Positions 18,856-27,797 are shown, numbered from the stretch's first letter. The stretch is DNA of 64,000 nucleotides from Bacteroidales bacterium (GCA_025454815.1 JALONR010000013.1:37140-101139); one strand, 5' to 3'. The notes: generated from the sequence alone by a model not told the origin. Numbers and translations: made by a program.

Positions 18856-19722
18856 TCACCTGGCATGATCAGAGATAAACTTTACGATTTTCCTGAATGA
18901 ATCGGTCATACTGGCTCCTGTCCATCCGTGACCCTCATCAGGGTAATACACGAGCTGGCTGACAACTCCGGCTGCTTCAAGCGCGGCAATAAGCCGGCTG
19001 GACTGTGACGGAGGCACCAGGGGATCGGCTCCTCCCTGCAGCGCTATTGTCGGAGGTGCGCCGGCCGTAATATATTCAGAAGGACTCGAGGACGCATACA
19101 ATGAAGGATTGTCTCCAAGCAACGTACCGGTTGCACCGTATAAAATCAACTGTTGTACGATGCCGTGATTCCAGAGCGCAACAAGATCAAATGGTCCAAA
19201 AAAGTCAACCACAGCCCTGACATGTCCGCCGGTGTCATTCTTGAAGGCATGCAGCATTGCAAGATGCCCTCCGGCACTGGCCCCCAGCAGCACCAGATCA
19301 TCGGAGACAATATACTCGTCAGCATTGCTTAGATAGTATTCAATGGCACTTTTTACATCATTTTCCTGTGTCGGGAACAGGTTAATACTGTTGTTCCGGG
19401 CAAGCCTGTAATTGATATTGAGAATTGCATATTCCGGCATCAGCTTCCTGAGAGTATCCACATACGTGTTCATCTCTGATTTGTCGCCTTCAACCCATCC
19501 GCCTCCGTGAATAAAGACAACTGTGACAGTGGTGGAGCGGTTCCTGCCTTCAGGCAGATAGATATCCATCCTCTGCTGGGCATTCTCTCCGTAAGAAACA
19601 TCCCTGATAATTCTTTCCTCTCCGCCGGCCGGGTCCTTTTCGCATGATAATTGAACAGATGTCGCGATTAATGCTGCTGTCAGCAGCAGTGTCCGGGTGG
19701 TTGTTTTTTTCAATCTCTTCAT
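18856..19722 (-). CDS. Alpha/beta hydrolase (esterase/lipase type) lipoprotein
   Basis: Signal …SVQLSC. Oxyanion motif VFIHGGGW. Nucleophile elbow GASAGGH. C-terminal DEGHGW. Confidence 0.88.
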   Translation of the reverse strand: MKRLKKTTTRTLLLTAALIATSVQLSCEKDPAGGEERIIRDVSYGENAQQRMDIYLPEGRNRSTTVTVVFIHGGGWVEGDKSEMNTYVDTLRKLMPEYAILNINYRLARNNSINLFPTQENDVKSAIEYYLSNADEYIVSDDLVLLGASAGGHLAMLHAFKNDTGGHVRAVVDFFGPFDLVALWNHGIVQQLILYGATGTLLGDNPSLYASSSPSEYITAGAPPTIALQGGADPLVPPSQSSRLIAALEAAGVVSQLVYYPDEGHGWTGASMTDSFRKIVKFISDHAR

Positions 19723-19856
19723 GACGGTTGCCTGATTAAAACTGTATGGCGGCTAAGATTTGCGCGTGCCTTGTATCCAGCATAACGGTGACATGTCACT
19801 GCTATTGTAATCAACAATTCAGTCCGGCTTTTGTTACCAGTTTATAGAATCTGCAT

Positions 19857-20735
19857 ATGAGAACACGACATACAGAAAAGATAATTTCACCGCCGCCGGT
19901 CCACTTTGTAGGTGACGGTTTCAGGGTGCACAATTTCATCCCGGGAGTATATCCGCTTACCATGGCAAGGATGGATCCCTTCATCCTCCTGGATTATAAT
20001 TCCAGGCATTTCTTTCCTCCGACCAACAAGCCCAGGGGAGTGGGAGTACATCCGCACCGGGGATTTGAAACGGTAAGCATTGCATACAGGGGCCGTATAG
20101 CACATCATGACAGCTTCGGCAACAGCGGTGTAATAGGAGAAGGGGATGTTCAGTGGATGACGGCTTCTTCAGGGCTTCTGCACAAGGAATACCATGAAAA
20201 GGAATTTGCCAGTACCGGGGGCGACTTCCATATGGTCCAGATCTGGGTTAACCTGCCGGCAAAGGATAAGATGTCTCCACCAAAATACCAGCCTATAACC
20301 AATGACCAGATGGGAAGGTACATATTGCCGGACGACAGTGGCATCATAGAAGTGATTGCAGGTTCCTACAATGATGTTAAAGGACCCGCATCAACCTTCA
20401 CACCCATGGCAATGATGAATGCAAGGCTGAAAGCCGGGGGAAAAGCGCTGTTTGCCTTTCCGCAGTCCTATAATACTGCGGCACTTGTGATTGAGGGGAG
20501 CATAAAAATTAACGGGACAGAAACAGCTCACACTGATCAGTTTGTGCTGTTCGGGAATGACGGAGAACAGTTTACCATTGAGGCGACTGAGAATTCCATT
20601 GTTCTTGTTCTCAGCGGCGAGCCGATCAGAGAACCTGTCGTGGCCCACGGTCCGTTCGTGATGAACACCCGGACCGAAATATACCAGGCTTTCGAGGATG
20701 TTGAAAACGGCCGGTTCGGCCACCTTGATGATTAA
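19857..20735 (+). CDS. Pirin family protein
   Basis: Bicupin of about 290 aa with GVGVHPHRGFETVSIAYRG and WMTASSGLLHKE motifs. Confidence 0.9.
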   Translation: MRTRHTEKIISPPPVHFVGDGFRVHNFIPGVYPLTMARMDPFILLDYNSRHFFPPTNKPRGVGVHPHRGFETVSIAYRGRIAHHDSFGNSGVIGEGDVQWMTASSGLLHKEYHEKEFASTGGDFHMVQIWVNLPAKDKMSPPKYQPITNDQMGRYILPDDSGIIEVIAGSYNDVKGPASTFTPMAMMNARLKAGGKALFAFPQSYNTAALVIEGSIKINGTETAHTDQFVLFGNDGEQFTIEATENSIVLVLSGEPIREPVVAHGPFVMNTRTEIYQAFEDVENGRFGHLDD

Positions 20736-20795
20736 TCCATCCTGACCGCCGGGAACAGATTCCGGGAGAAGGTCATTTGTACAAAAAGAATGATG

Positions 20796-20803
20796 TACAT
20801 TTG
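20796..20803 (+). promoter_or_regulatory. Bacteroidota -7 promoter box (TAnnTTTG) for crcB
   Basis: tacatttg lies 17 nt upstream of the crcB ATG. Confidence 0.45.
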
Positions 20804-20819
20804 CAGCACACTTTAAGCC

Positions 20820-21197
20820 ATGCTTAAAAACCTTCTTCTGATCGGCACAGGTGGTTTCATAGGCAGCATCGCACGCTATCTCGTCTCACAACTTAACCTT
20901 ACTGTCACTTTTCATTCAATACCTGTAGGAACACTTACAGTTAACGTGGCCGGCAGTTTCATTATAGGATTCCTGACCGGCATAGCTGAGAAAAGCATGA
21001 TCCTGACCCCTGAGTGGAGACTGTTCCTCATGGTCGGACTGTGCGGAGGATTCACAACTTTCTCGGCATTCGCCAATGAGAACCTCATGTTGATTCACAA
21101 CGGGCAGGCACTTTCGGTCATGCTATATACAGGACTGAGCATCTTTCCTGGCTTTCTGGCCGTCTACCTGGGATATGTAACCACTAACCTCCTCTGA
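20820..21197 (+). CDS. crcB: Fluoride ion channel CrcB/FluC
   Basis: 125 aa, four TM helices. GTGGFIGSIARY near the N-terminus and GLCGGFTTFSAF are typical of CrcB. Confidence 0.92.
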   Translation: MLKNLLLIGTGGFIGSIARYLVSQLNLTVTFHSIPVGTLTVNVAGSFIIGFLTGIAEKSMILTPEWRLFLMVGLCGGFTTFSAFANENLMLIHNGQALSVMLYTGLSIFPGFLAVYLGYVTTNLL

Positions 21198-21198
21198 A

Positions 21199-21300
21199 CA
21201 TGGAAAAATCATCCCATTCCGTTTTAAAGATCTATGCCAGCTCAACAGACAGGCTTGGCTCCGGATTACTATACGAGGCTGTTGTATCTCTCTTTAGGTG
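21199..21300 (+). pseudogene. N-terminal fragment (33 codons) of a DUF190/COG1993 gene
   Basis: MEKSSHSVLKIYASSTDRLGSGLLYEAVV… matches the DUF190 N-terminus (…LLRIY.GE.D…PLYEAIV). It stops at 21298-21300, where AT-rich DNA begins. Confidence 0.65.
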
Positions 21301-21878
21301 AGAACAGATCATTGGGATTATAATTCTTATCCCCTGGTTGCTTACGTTTCAATTTCCAGAAATGAATTGCAGAACCAAGCGTTTGTCCGGGATTATCAGC
21401 CAAAAAATCAAGGATATACCTGTTGTATTCGAACTGGGGAGCGATTTCTTTCTTATGTCCCTTGTTTCTTTTAAAAGCATAAATTCAATTCCATACATCA
21501 ATTGCATCAGCCAGAGTTTTACCTGCATTTGCTTTTGTCCAATTCATTAATTCGGTATTGAACATAGAATTGGGACCAATATGCAAAGTCATAAAGTCTC
21601 TTACATTCTCAGTGTTTTTGTAACTATCGGTAAGTTTTGTGCTCAGATTTAATGCAGCGTTTTTACAAGTGAAATTTGATGATTTAACTGGTTTTTGTAA
21701 TGTTGCTATTACCTTTCCTGTTGCCAGATAATGTTTAATTCTGACGGCTATTTCAATTTTACTTCCCGTAGCATTAATTCCATGGGTCCTGCAAAATGAT
21801 ATTAGTTCCCTTTTTAGCCAGTAACAGCTATGAAAATATTCAATTGAAATTGCATCGTCTGGTTCAGGTAGTTTAATA
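21269..21878 (-). pseudogene. SAP-like/DUF6434-type protein gene that lacks a start codon and has an in-frame TGA
   Basis: Minus-strand frame gives …KLPEPDDAISIEYFHSCYWLKRELISFCRTHGINATGSKIEIAVRIKHYLATGKV…MNWTKANAGKTLADAIDVWN*IYAFKRNKGHKKEIAPQFEYNRYILDFLADNPGQTLGSAIHFWKLKRKQPGDKNYNPNDL. The internal stop is at 21485-21487. No ATG lies upstream, and the 3' end runs into the DUF190 fragment. Confidence 0.5.
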
Positions 21879-21888
21879 CCCCGTACCT

Positions 21889-22809
21889 TTAATCCAAAGT
21901 TTGAACGGAGGCAAAAGTTCTTTTTATTCCTTTATGGTATTTTACTGCAGGGTAGCCAAATATAACAAATAAACCTTCCCGGCTTGCATATTTTATTCGA
22001 TGATCCTGCCTGAACTTACGGGCTTTGTTGCCATTTTGAATCAAAGGATGAACTGTACCCAACATGCATGTTCCCAATCCCAAAGATTCGGCTGCAATCA
22101 TGGCATAGGTTGCAGCTATTATCGGGTCAGCGGGATCGGTGTATGGAGAACCATAAAAATACATAGCCAAAGGAGCATTATAATTTACCATATCAATGCC
22201 TTCCTTCATTTTTGAGGTAAAAACATTAAATATTGGTTTAAGAAAATCCCTGAACATTTCGCTGTTGGCTTTCCCCAGAAAAGGCCGGTTTATTGCCAGA
22301 AACCAATCAGAAACAAACCACTTCATGCCGTTCAGATAATCACAAAAATCTTGTGAAAAAGCCCTTATGTTCATTCTGCCCCTGATTATCAGAATATTCA
22401 CATCAGAGGGAGGCACTCCCATGGGAGCTGTCTGAGCGGCATCAATTATTTTATCAACCAGATCATTTTCAACTTCTTTATCTATAAACTCACGAATGCT
22501 CCTCCTTCTTTGCAAAAGAGCCAGAAGTTGGCTAAAGTCAGCAGCTGATTCCTTTGCAGGAAGATCATAAAGCTGATTTGGAGAGAGCATTCGCCCGTTA
22601 ATTTCTACTGCTCCGGTCGGGCATATTGCCATGCAATGTCCGCAACCAACGCAACCAAACAAGGGGTTATCGCTGATTCTGGTTTTTTTATTTTCCATAA
22701 CCAGACTAAAATCTTTGCAAACGGATACACACAAACCGCAGTTGGTACATTTTTCGTTATAGAGCCTTATTTCAGCCTTTTGATTTGTTCTTGAGGTGGG
22801 TATTGCCAT
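21889..22809 (-). CDS. Nitroreductase-family protein with an N-terminal 2x[4Fe-4S] ferredoxin domain
   Basis: CTNCGLCVSVC and CVGCGHCMAICPTGA, followed by a nitroreductase fold (RRSIREF…, …GLGTCMLG). Confidence 0.8.
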   Translation of the reverse strand: MAIPTSRTNQKAEIRLYNEKCTNCGLCVSVCKDFSLVMENKKTRISDNPLFGCVGCGHCMAICPTGAVEINGRMLSPNQLYDLPAKESAADFSQLLALLQRRRSIREFIDKEVENDLVDKIIDAAQTAPMGVPPSDVNILIIRGRMNIRAFSQDFCDYLNGMKWFVSDWFLAINRPFLGKANSEMFRDFLKPIFNVFTSKMKEGIDMVNYNAPLAMYFYGSPYTDPADPIIAATYAMIAAESLGLGTCMLGTVHPLIQNGNKARKFRQDHRIKYASREGLFVIFGYPAVKYHKGIKRTFASVQTLD

Positions 22810-22819
22810 GATTACATTT

Positions 22820-23287
22820 TTATAAAGACCTGTTTTTTCTGTGCTGTTTTAGTAGTTTATTATCTGGTTCTATGGTTTCCGTTTTTGGAAGAAACAACTC
22901 CCGCATCCCTAACCCACCCCGAATAGCAAAAATGACATACAGAATGGTAAACAAACCGTCAATTATCCCTGTGAACCAGAAAGTAGAAGGGAAATCAGCA
23001 ACAAACAACATATATATGTATAGTTGAACAACATAGAACAATCTGCCGATAATGAGGCAACCTACATTAAAAGCATACCGCCTGATATTGAATGCAGATA
23101 GAAACTGCAGCCAGGCAAAACATAGAAAAAAAGATCCCAGGAAAACTGCGAAAAAGGGATCAATTGCTGGATTATCAATAATTCGCCCGGTACCTATTAG
23201 AAAAAAATAGAGAATAGCTGCAACGGTGTCCCATATTCCACTTACAAAGAAGGTAATAGCAAGGGGTATTAAAGATTTGTTTTTCAT
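22820..23287 (-). CDS. Hypothetical integral membrane protein (about 4 TM)
   Basis: Hydrophobic segments LIPLAITFFVSGIW…, FFAVFLGSFFLCFAWLQFL, VGCLIIGRLFYVVQLYIYMLF and FTGIIDGLFTILYVIFAI. No family recognised. Confidence 0.6.
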   Translation of the reverse strand: MKNKSLIPLAITFFVSGIWDTVAAILYFFLIGTGRIIDNPAIDPFFAVFLGSFFLCFAWLQFLSAFNIRRYAFNVGCLIIGRLFYVVQLYIYMLFVADFPSTFWFTGIIDGLFTILYVIFAIRGGLGMRELFLPKTETIEPDNKLLKQHRKNRSL

Positions 23288-23288
23288 A

Positions 23289-24410
23289 TTAATTTTTTTT
23301 GTCTGCACGAATAATACTTCCTTTTAATACATCAGTTTGCAAAATGTCTATTGTCTTTTCAGGTTCTTCGAATATTGGGCTGTGAGCCGATTTTTCAAAT
23401 GTGTAAAATCCTTTTACAGGTGCTTTTATCTTTTCAAAATAGTCCTTTGCCAAAACGTAAGAAACTGTGTAATCATAAATTCCGTGAAAAAAATAGACCG
23501 GAATTTTAAGTTCAGGTACTTGTTTAGCTAAATCAGTTGCGAGGATCGTATTCCAGAGTGGGTGTACCCCTGCCCTGGCTTTGGCACGCCACAGATTAAA
23601 CTTCTCATTAATTGTATAGTCTCTGCATTTAAGCGAGGGTATAAAAATTCCGGTAATAATAGAACTCATTTCACGGGTTGTCCCAATACCAAGGGTGTGC
23701 ATTGCCTCATCCCTTATCGTCAGGTACTGATAGGGAGTTCCACTGGAACGGATTACCGGAGCCGCCTCAAGTTTTCGAAGCATTTTTTTATCGCCCCTTG
23801 ACTTGTATTGGGTAACCATATACTGGTATGCAAGCCTTTCGGATTCAAGTTGGTCGGTCATCTGAGCCACTCCAATGTAAGCGTGGTATAATTCTGGCGC
23901 CTGAGCAGCTACATACATGCCAATAAAGGTTCCTCCTGATCGTCCCATCAGGTAGATCTTGTCCTGCACAAAGCGCTTACGCAGGTAATTTGTCACCTCT
24001 TTCGTATCTGAAATCATTTGTTCCAGTGTTATTGACTCTGCAGGGGTGTTGGCGTTGTATGAAAGTCCAGCCCACCGTTGGTCCCACCAGACCACAGTGA
24101 AGCTATCTTCAAGACCAGTAGGGTATTTCTTTGTGAGAAAATAATCGGGGATTCCACCATGAAGGTACAGTAGTACAGGATTAGCAGAGTCTTTGCTCTG
24201 AATAAACATCCCATGCTTCATTCCATTTATCTCGACATATGTTTTTTCAGAGATACTCCGAGCCAGAAGATTTCCGTTCTTTTCCAGGAAAGGTTTAGGT
24301 TTTCCGGGACTGTATATAATTAATACAAATGCAATAATCATTAAGAATATCGCCACTGATGAAATCAAAACAAGTATCATACGTGAAATTGTTTTTATAA
24401 AATTGACCAT
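23289..24410 (-). CDS. Alpha/beta hydrolase (proline-iminopeptidase-like) with an N-terminal TM anchor
   Basis: TM helix MILVLISSVAIFLMIIAFVLII. LYLHGG oxyanion region. Nucleophile elbow GRSGG. C-terminal …SAHSP. Confidence 0.8.
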   Translation of the reverse strand: MVNFIKTISRMILVLISSVAIFLMIIAFVLIIYSPGKPKPFLEKNGNLLARSISEKTYVEINGMKHGMFIQSKDSANPVLLYLHGGIPDYFLTKKYPTGLEDSFTVVWWDQRWAGLSYNANTPAESITLEQMISDTKEVTNYLRKRFVQDKIYLMGRSGGTFIGMYVAAQAPELYHAYIGVAQMTDQLESERLAYQYMVTQYKSRGDKKMLRKLEAAPVIRSSGTPYQYLTIRDEAMHTLGIGTTREMSSIITGIFIPSLKCRDYTINEKFNLWRAKARAGVHPLWNTILATDLAKQVPELKIPVYFFHGIYDYTVSYVLAKDYFEKIKAPVKGFYTFEKSAHSPIFEEPEKTIDILQTDVLKGSIIRADKKN

Positions 24411-24518
24411 GTGATTCTTTATCTTTTAGGTTGGTTGTTAATCTTTGTTTAGCACTTCACTGTCAGGGTAGGACGAACTCACCGCTTTTGCAACCCGGTT
24501 GACAGGCAAAGTATTTTC

Positions 24519-25292
24519 TTATATTTTTCGTCCTATAAAAAAAACATATCCATAATACTCTTTATACTTTAGGTAAAGTTTTGCTTCTCTTCTCTGATTT
24601 GCAATTAATCCTTCAACAGTTATATTTCCCACATACTTTTGTAAAAATGTTTCCTGGGCAGCAACTTGTGGAGCATAAAAATTGTCTGTCCAACAATTTT
24701 CCGGCAAAATAAATGTCGCTACCGGAATGTATCCTGCTTCCTGAAGCAGCCTCACTTTATTAGGGATTGTATCAATCTCAGGATAAGCATCTGTCCAAAA
24801 TTCTTCAATTTCCCGGGGTCGTTCGGCTGTAAACCACGAAACTTCAGTAACAGCAATATAACCACCCTTTTTTAAGAATTTATGCCATTCTTGCAGCCCT
24901 CTTTTAAAACCAATGTTATAAATTGCACCTTCTGACCAAATAAGGTCTAACCCTTCATTATTGAACAGAAGGTTATCCATGGATCCTACGATCCCCTTCA
25001 CTCTGTTTTGTAATTTATGCTTTAAAGCATTTTCATTCAACTTTTGGATAAAGCGCGGGTATAAATCTATGCCCACAACCTTACCTTTGGAGTTATGAGC
25101 AAGAGTTAATGTTTGACCTCCTGTTCCACATCCAATATCTGCTATTTGTGAGTCCTCTTTAAGATTATCAATAAAACTTAATGCTTTGATTGTTACCTCT
25201 TTACTACCAGGTCCTTGTCTTTCAATTTCAAGGAAATATTCACAAATTAAGTCAATATCAAATTCGTGAATGGATTTGTTTTGTTTCTCCAT
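24519..25292 (-). CDS. Class I SAM-dependent methyltransferase
   Basis: Motif [14 protein letters not shown], with post-I VVGIDL. Confidence 0.85.
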   Translation of the reverse strand: MEKQNKSIHEFDIDLICEYFLEIERQGPGSKEVTIKALSFIDNLKEDSQIADIGCGTGGQTLTLAHNSKGKVVGIDLYPRFIQKLNENALKHKLQNRVKGIVGSMDNLLFNNEGLDLIWSEGAIYNIGFKRGLQEWHKFLKKGGYIAVTEVSWFTAERPREIEEFWTDAYPEIDTIPNKVRLLQEAGYIPVATFILPENCWTDNFYAPQVAAQETFLQKYVGNITVEGLIANQRREAKLYLKYKEYYGYVFFIGRKI

Positions 25293-25339
25293 GTTTGTAT
25301 GTCTTTATTGATTTGTTATAAGTATTTTGCCTAACCGGT

Positions 25340-25756
25340 TCAAATCTTGTATAAATGAACCGTAATTGTCTTTGTTGTGTCGTTAACTATAACTTTAAGC
25401 TTATCAAAGCTGCCTGGTGCACTTTTCCCGGCATAGTTGCTGAAACCAAATGGCTCTCTGGGGATTCCGAGAAAATTGGAATCAAGTTCGCCATTGCCAT
25501 TTTTATCCTGATACATTGAAATTACGTACCCGCCTGCAGGTAAAGTGATGGGCATACTTAAAGTTTCTGCAATTGAGTTTGCAATAATTGAATAATAAAT
25601 TTTTCTCCCGTCATATGACTTTTCGCTATTAAAAAACGAAATATGGAGTTTGCCTCCGTCTTTTTTAATTCCGGTAATCTCAAGAGTCAGGCCGTTTTGT
25701 GCAAAAGCAATTCCGGAACTAAGAAATATTGCTATTCCAACGATTAACTTCTTCAT
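25340..25756 (-). CDS. DUF2141 domain secreted protein
   Basis: Signal MKKLIVGIAIFLSSGIAFA. LHISFFNSEKSY…, QDKNGNGELDSNFLGIPREPFGFSN is the DUF2141 signature. The ATG at 25756 is preferred to 25792. Confidence 0.75.
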   Translation of the reverse strand: MKKLIVGIAIFLSSGIAFAQNGLTLEITGIKKDGGKLHISFFNSEKSYDGRKIYYSIIANSIAETLSMPITLPAGGYVISMYQDKNGNGELDSNFLGIPREPFGFSNYAGKSAPGSFDKLKVIVNDTTKTITVHLYKI

Positions 25757-25769
25757 TTTTGCTATTCTT

Positions 25770-26567
25770 TTATAGGGATTTTCTTTTACCATGCCTTACT
25801 GCTACCTTAATGGCGTCGAGCCAGTTATAATGCAAATTGATAGCCCTTTCCCTGCAATTAATTTCACACAGCCTGCAAAGGGTGCAATCCAGCTCTTTGA
25901 ATGGTACAGCTTTATTTTTTACAGACTCAATGACACTTAAAGGGCAAATATTTACACATTTTCCACAGCCCTTGCAGACACTTTGATTTATCGTAACAAT
26001 GTCACCTTTCAGAATTACCTGAGTTTCATTTATACTCAATGAATAGGTATTTACAAAACCGTCTTTAACCTTATTCTTGGTTTTAATCTGTTCATAAAAG
26101 TCAGGCATACAATACTGAGGCAAGCAATTCCTTAAAAATTTGGCTGCCTTTTTTATGTCTTTTTCGTCAGGTTTGCCAACATTTCCACCGCCGATAATTA
26201 CCCATGGGCCTGTTTCATCATACCCTCTCACCGAAAATTCACCAGCTATCTTTTTTCCTTTTTCTAATAACAGTTTTTTTATGGGATCATGGTAGTTTCC
26301 CAATACCGGAGCACCACGGCTGGAGAAGATAAATATATGCTGCTCTGTTTTATCAAGGTTCTTCACAACTTCAAAAATAGCCGGGTGATGGCTTCCAAAA
26401 TAAATTCCTGAACCGAAACCAACTGCTTTGTATTGACTTAAATCGGTTTTTAGAGCCTCCTGTGCTCTTATAAATTCGCAACCCAGTGTCCGGGCCATTA
26501 TGCAGGCTAATTTTTCTGTGTTCCTGTTGTAAATTGACTCATATACAACTATGCAATCGTTATTCAT
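25770..26567 (-). CDS. Flavodoxin-like domain fused to a 2x[4Fe-4S] ferredoxin (EFR1-like)
   Basis: N-terminal flavodoxin-like fold (IVVYESIYNRNTEKLA…GFGSGIYFGSHH). C-terminal CKGCGKCVNICP and CTLCRLCEINC. Confidence 0.75.
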   Translation of the reverse strand: MNNDCIVVYESIYNRNTEKLACIMARTLGCEFIRAQEALKTDLSQYKAVGFGSGIYFGSHHPAIFEVVKNLDKTEQHIFIFSSRGAPVLGNYHDPIKKLLLEKGKKIAGEFSVRGYDETGPWVIIGGGNVGKPDEKDIKKAAKFLRNCLPQYCMPDFYEQIKTKNKVKDGFVNTYSLSINETQVILKGDIVTINQSVCKGCGKCVNICPLSVIESVKNKAVPFKELDCTLCRLCEINCRERAINLHYNWLDAIKVAVRHGKRKSL

Positions 26568-26755
26568 TTTATCTGTTTTTACTTTCGGAACCCGGTTAAA
26601 AGGAATTTCTTCCGAAATAGTTAGTTGTCTGTCATTTAAAAATATTCAACAAATCTAACTACTCAGTTCAGGCAAGAAAAGTAAAAGTGGATGAGGATGT
26701 TAATTCAGAGTATGAGAGTCGGTTTCTGATAGCTGGATGTGTAAAGGATGCCAGT

Positions 26756-26911
26756 TTATTTTAACAAATCCTTAATTAGGTTGATGAATGAATCCAGTGT
26801 GGATTTTTCAATTGTCAGGGCAGGATACAGTCTAAAAACCTCAGAATTGGGACGCTTTGCAACAATGAAACCCTGCTTCAGAAGTTGCACATAAACCTCC
26901 CGGGCATTTTT
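26756..26911 (-). pseudogene. 3' fragment (51 codons) of a class-III aminotransferase-like gene
   Basis: The minus frame reads KNAREVYVQLLKQGFIVAKRPNSEVFRLYPALTIEKSTLDSFINLIKDLLK*. This resembles the C-terminus of ArgD/GabT-type enzymes (…IRL.PPL.I…ID…). An in-frame stop lies immediately upstream and there is no N-terminal body. Confidence 0.5.
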
Positions 26912-26944
26912 TTATTTGAATGGCAATCATTAAGCCCCTCCCTC

Positions 26945-27121
26945 TTACCTCTAAAACTTCCGGTGGTGATCGAACTGATAGATACAGAAGAAAAAATCAG
27001 GGAATTCTATGACACGATAGCTCCTGAACTGCAGGCACTTCCCAAAGGCTGCCTCGTAACAGTGTCACCCGTTGAGGTTATTCTTCACAAGAGCGGAACA
27101 AAGAGGGATAAACTAATCTGA
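26945..27121 (+). pseudogene. C-terminal fragment of the DUF190/COG1993 gene
   Basis: …LPLKLPVVIELIDTEEKIREFYDTIAPELQALPKGCLVTVSPVEVILHKSG matches the DUF190 C-terminus (LPVVIEIVD.EEKI..F…..G L.T…VEV). No plausible own start; the upstream residues are unrelated. Confidence 0.65.
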
Positions 27122-27363
27122 GACTGAACCCGGGTGGAGTTTCAGGGTGGAATCAGGGGAAAATACAGGTCTGTTGACGATGAACCTGATGAAATTTGCT
27201 GCCGTCTGCCGCCATTCTTTAAAGAGATTCTGAAAACAGCAAGCGTCACAATGTGCATGTATTCAGTCGATTGTAATTCATATCAGGTGCCCCGATCACC
27301 ATTCACCAAAAAATATTTTGAAAAATTATCCAAAAAAATTTGGAAGTAAATGTTATTTATATC

Positions 27364-27371
27364 TAACTTTG
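27364..27371 (+). promoter_or_regulatory. Bacteroidota -7 promoter box (TAnnTTTG), embedded in a small palindrome
   Basis: taactttg lies 28 nt upstream of the ATG at 27399, within tctaac-tttgt-gttaga (6-bp inverted repeat). Confidence 0.4.
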
Positions 27372-27398
27372 TGTTAGAAATAATTAACAACATCAATC

Positions 27399-27797
27399 AT
27401 GAAAAGAGGAGTTATTGCTTTACTGGTATCAGCCACAGTACTGGCTACAACGGCATTTTGGTTCTTTGGCATGGAGAAATCCGTAAATGCCCATGATATT
27501 ATGAGTTTCGCGGTCATCATCATCCTGGTGGGTTTCGGTATCTGGTTTGCCATAAGAAGATTCTCATCGGCCTATAAAGGCGAGCCCCAGGAGGATGAGC
27601 TCTCGAAAAGGATCGTGCAGAAGACGGCAGCATGGTCATATTACATTTCGCTTTACATGTGGGTCTTCATGATCTGGCTGAAAGACCGTGTAACAATGGA
27701 TACCGAGCAGGTGCTTGGCGCCGGGATACTCTCAATGGCAGTGATCTTTATGCTGTGTTTTATCTTTCACAAGCTAAGGGGAATACGCCATGAATAA
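27399..27797 (+). CDS. Small integral membrane protein (4 TM), partner of the XRE regulator
   Basis: Four hydrophobic helices. Overlaps the downstream XRE gene by 8 nt. Confidence 0.65.
   Translation: MKRGVIALLVSATVLATTAFWFFGMEKSVNAHDIMSFAVIIILVGFGIWFAIRRFSSAYKGEPQEDELSKRIVQKTAAWSYYISLYMWVFMIWLKDRVTMDTEQVLGAGILSMAVIFMLCFIFHKLRGIRHE

Larger units (their letters stand above)
21285..26915. other. AT-rich genomic island inserted in the DUF190 gene
   Basis: There is a visible drop in GC relative to both flanks. The DUF190 halves lie on either side, with gene remnants at both inner edges. Six minus-strand genes sit with short spacers. No recombinase is seen. Confidence 0.7.

Noticed and set aside
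20736-20819. Fluoride (crcB-motif) riboswitch upstream of crcB
   Set aside because: The 84-nt leader lacks the conserved GGnGAUGG…AAC.GCC…CUGAUGAUGCCUAC-type blocks. Only a TAnnTTTG promoter box is evident.
21338-21550. Plus-strand 70-aa ORF in the island's left edge
   Set aside because: It is antisense to the SAP-like/DUF6434-type pseudogene, whose translation shows clear family-like sequence. The plus-strand product is low-information.
21285-26915. Calling the island an integrative mobile element, ICE or prophage
   Set aside because: No integrase, transposase, relaxase, tRNA target or terminal direct or inverted repeats could be found. Only composition and gene disruption support horizontal origin.
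27134-27349. 71-aa ORF between the DUF190 fragment and the membrane/XRE pair
   Set aside because: It starts at a non-ATG codon in the track and has no signal or motifs. The region more plausibly holds the promoter (TAnnTTTG at 27364) of the downstream pair.
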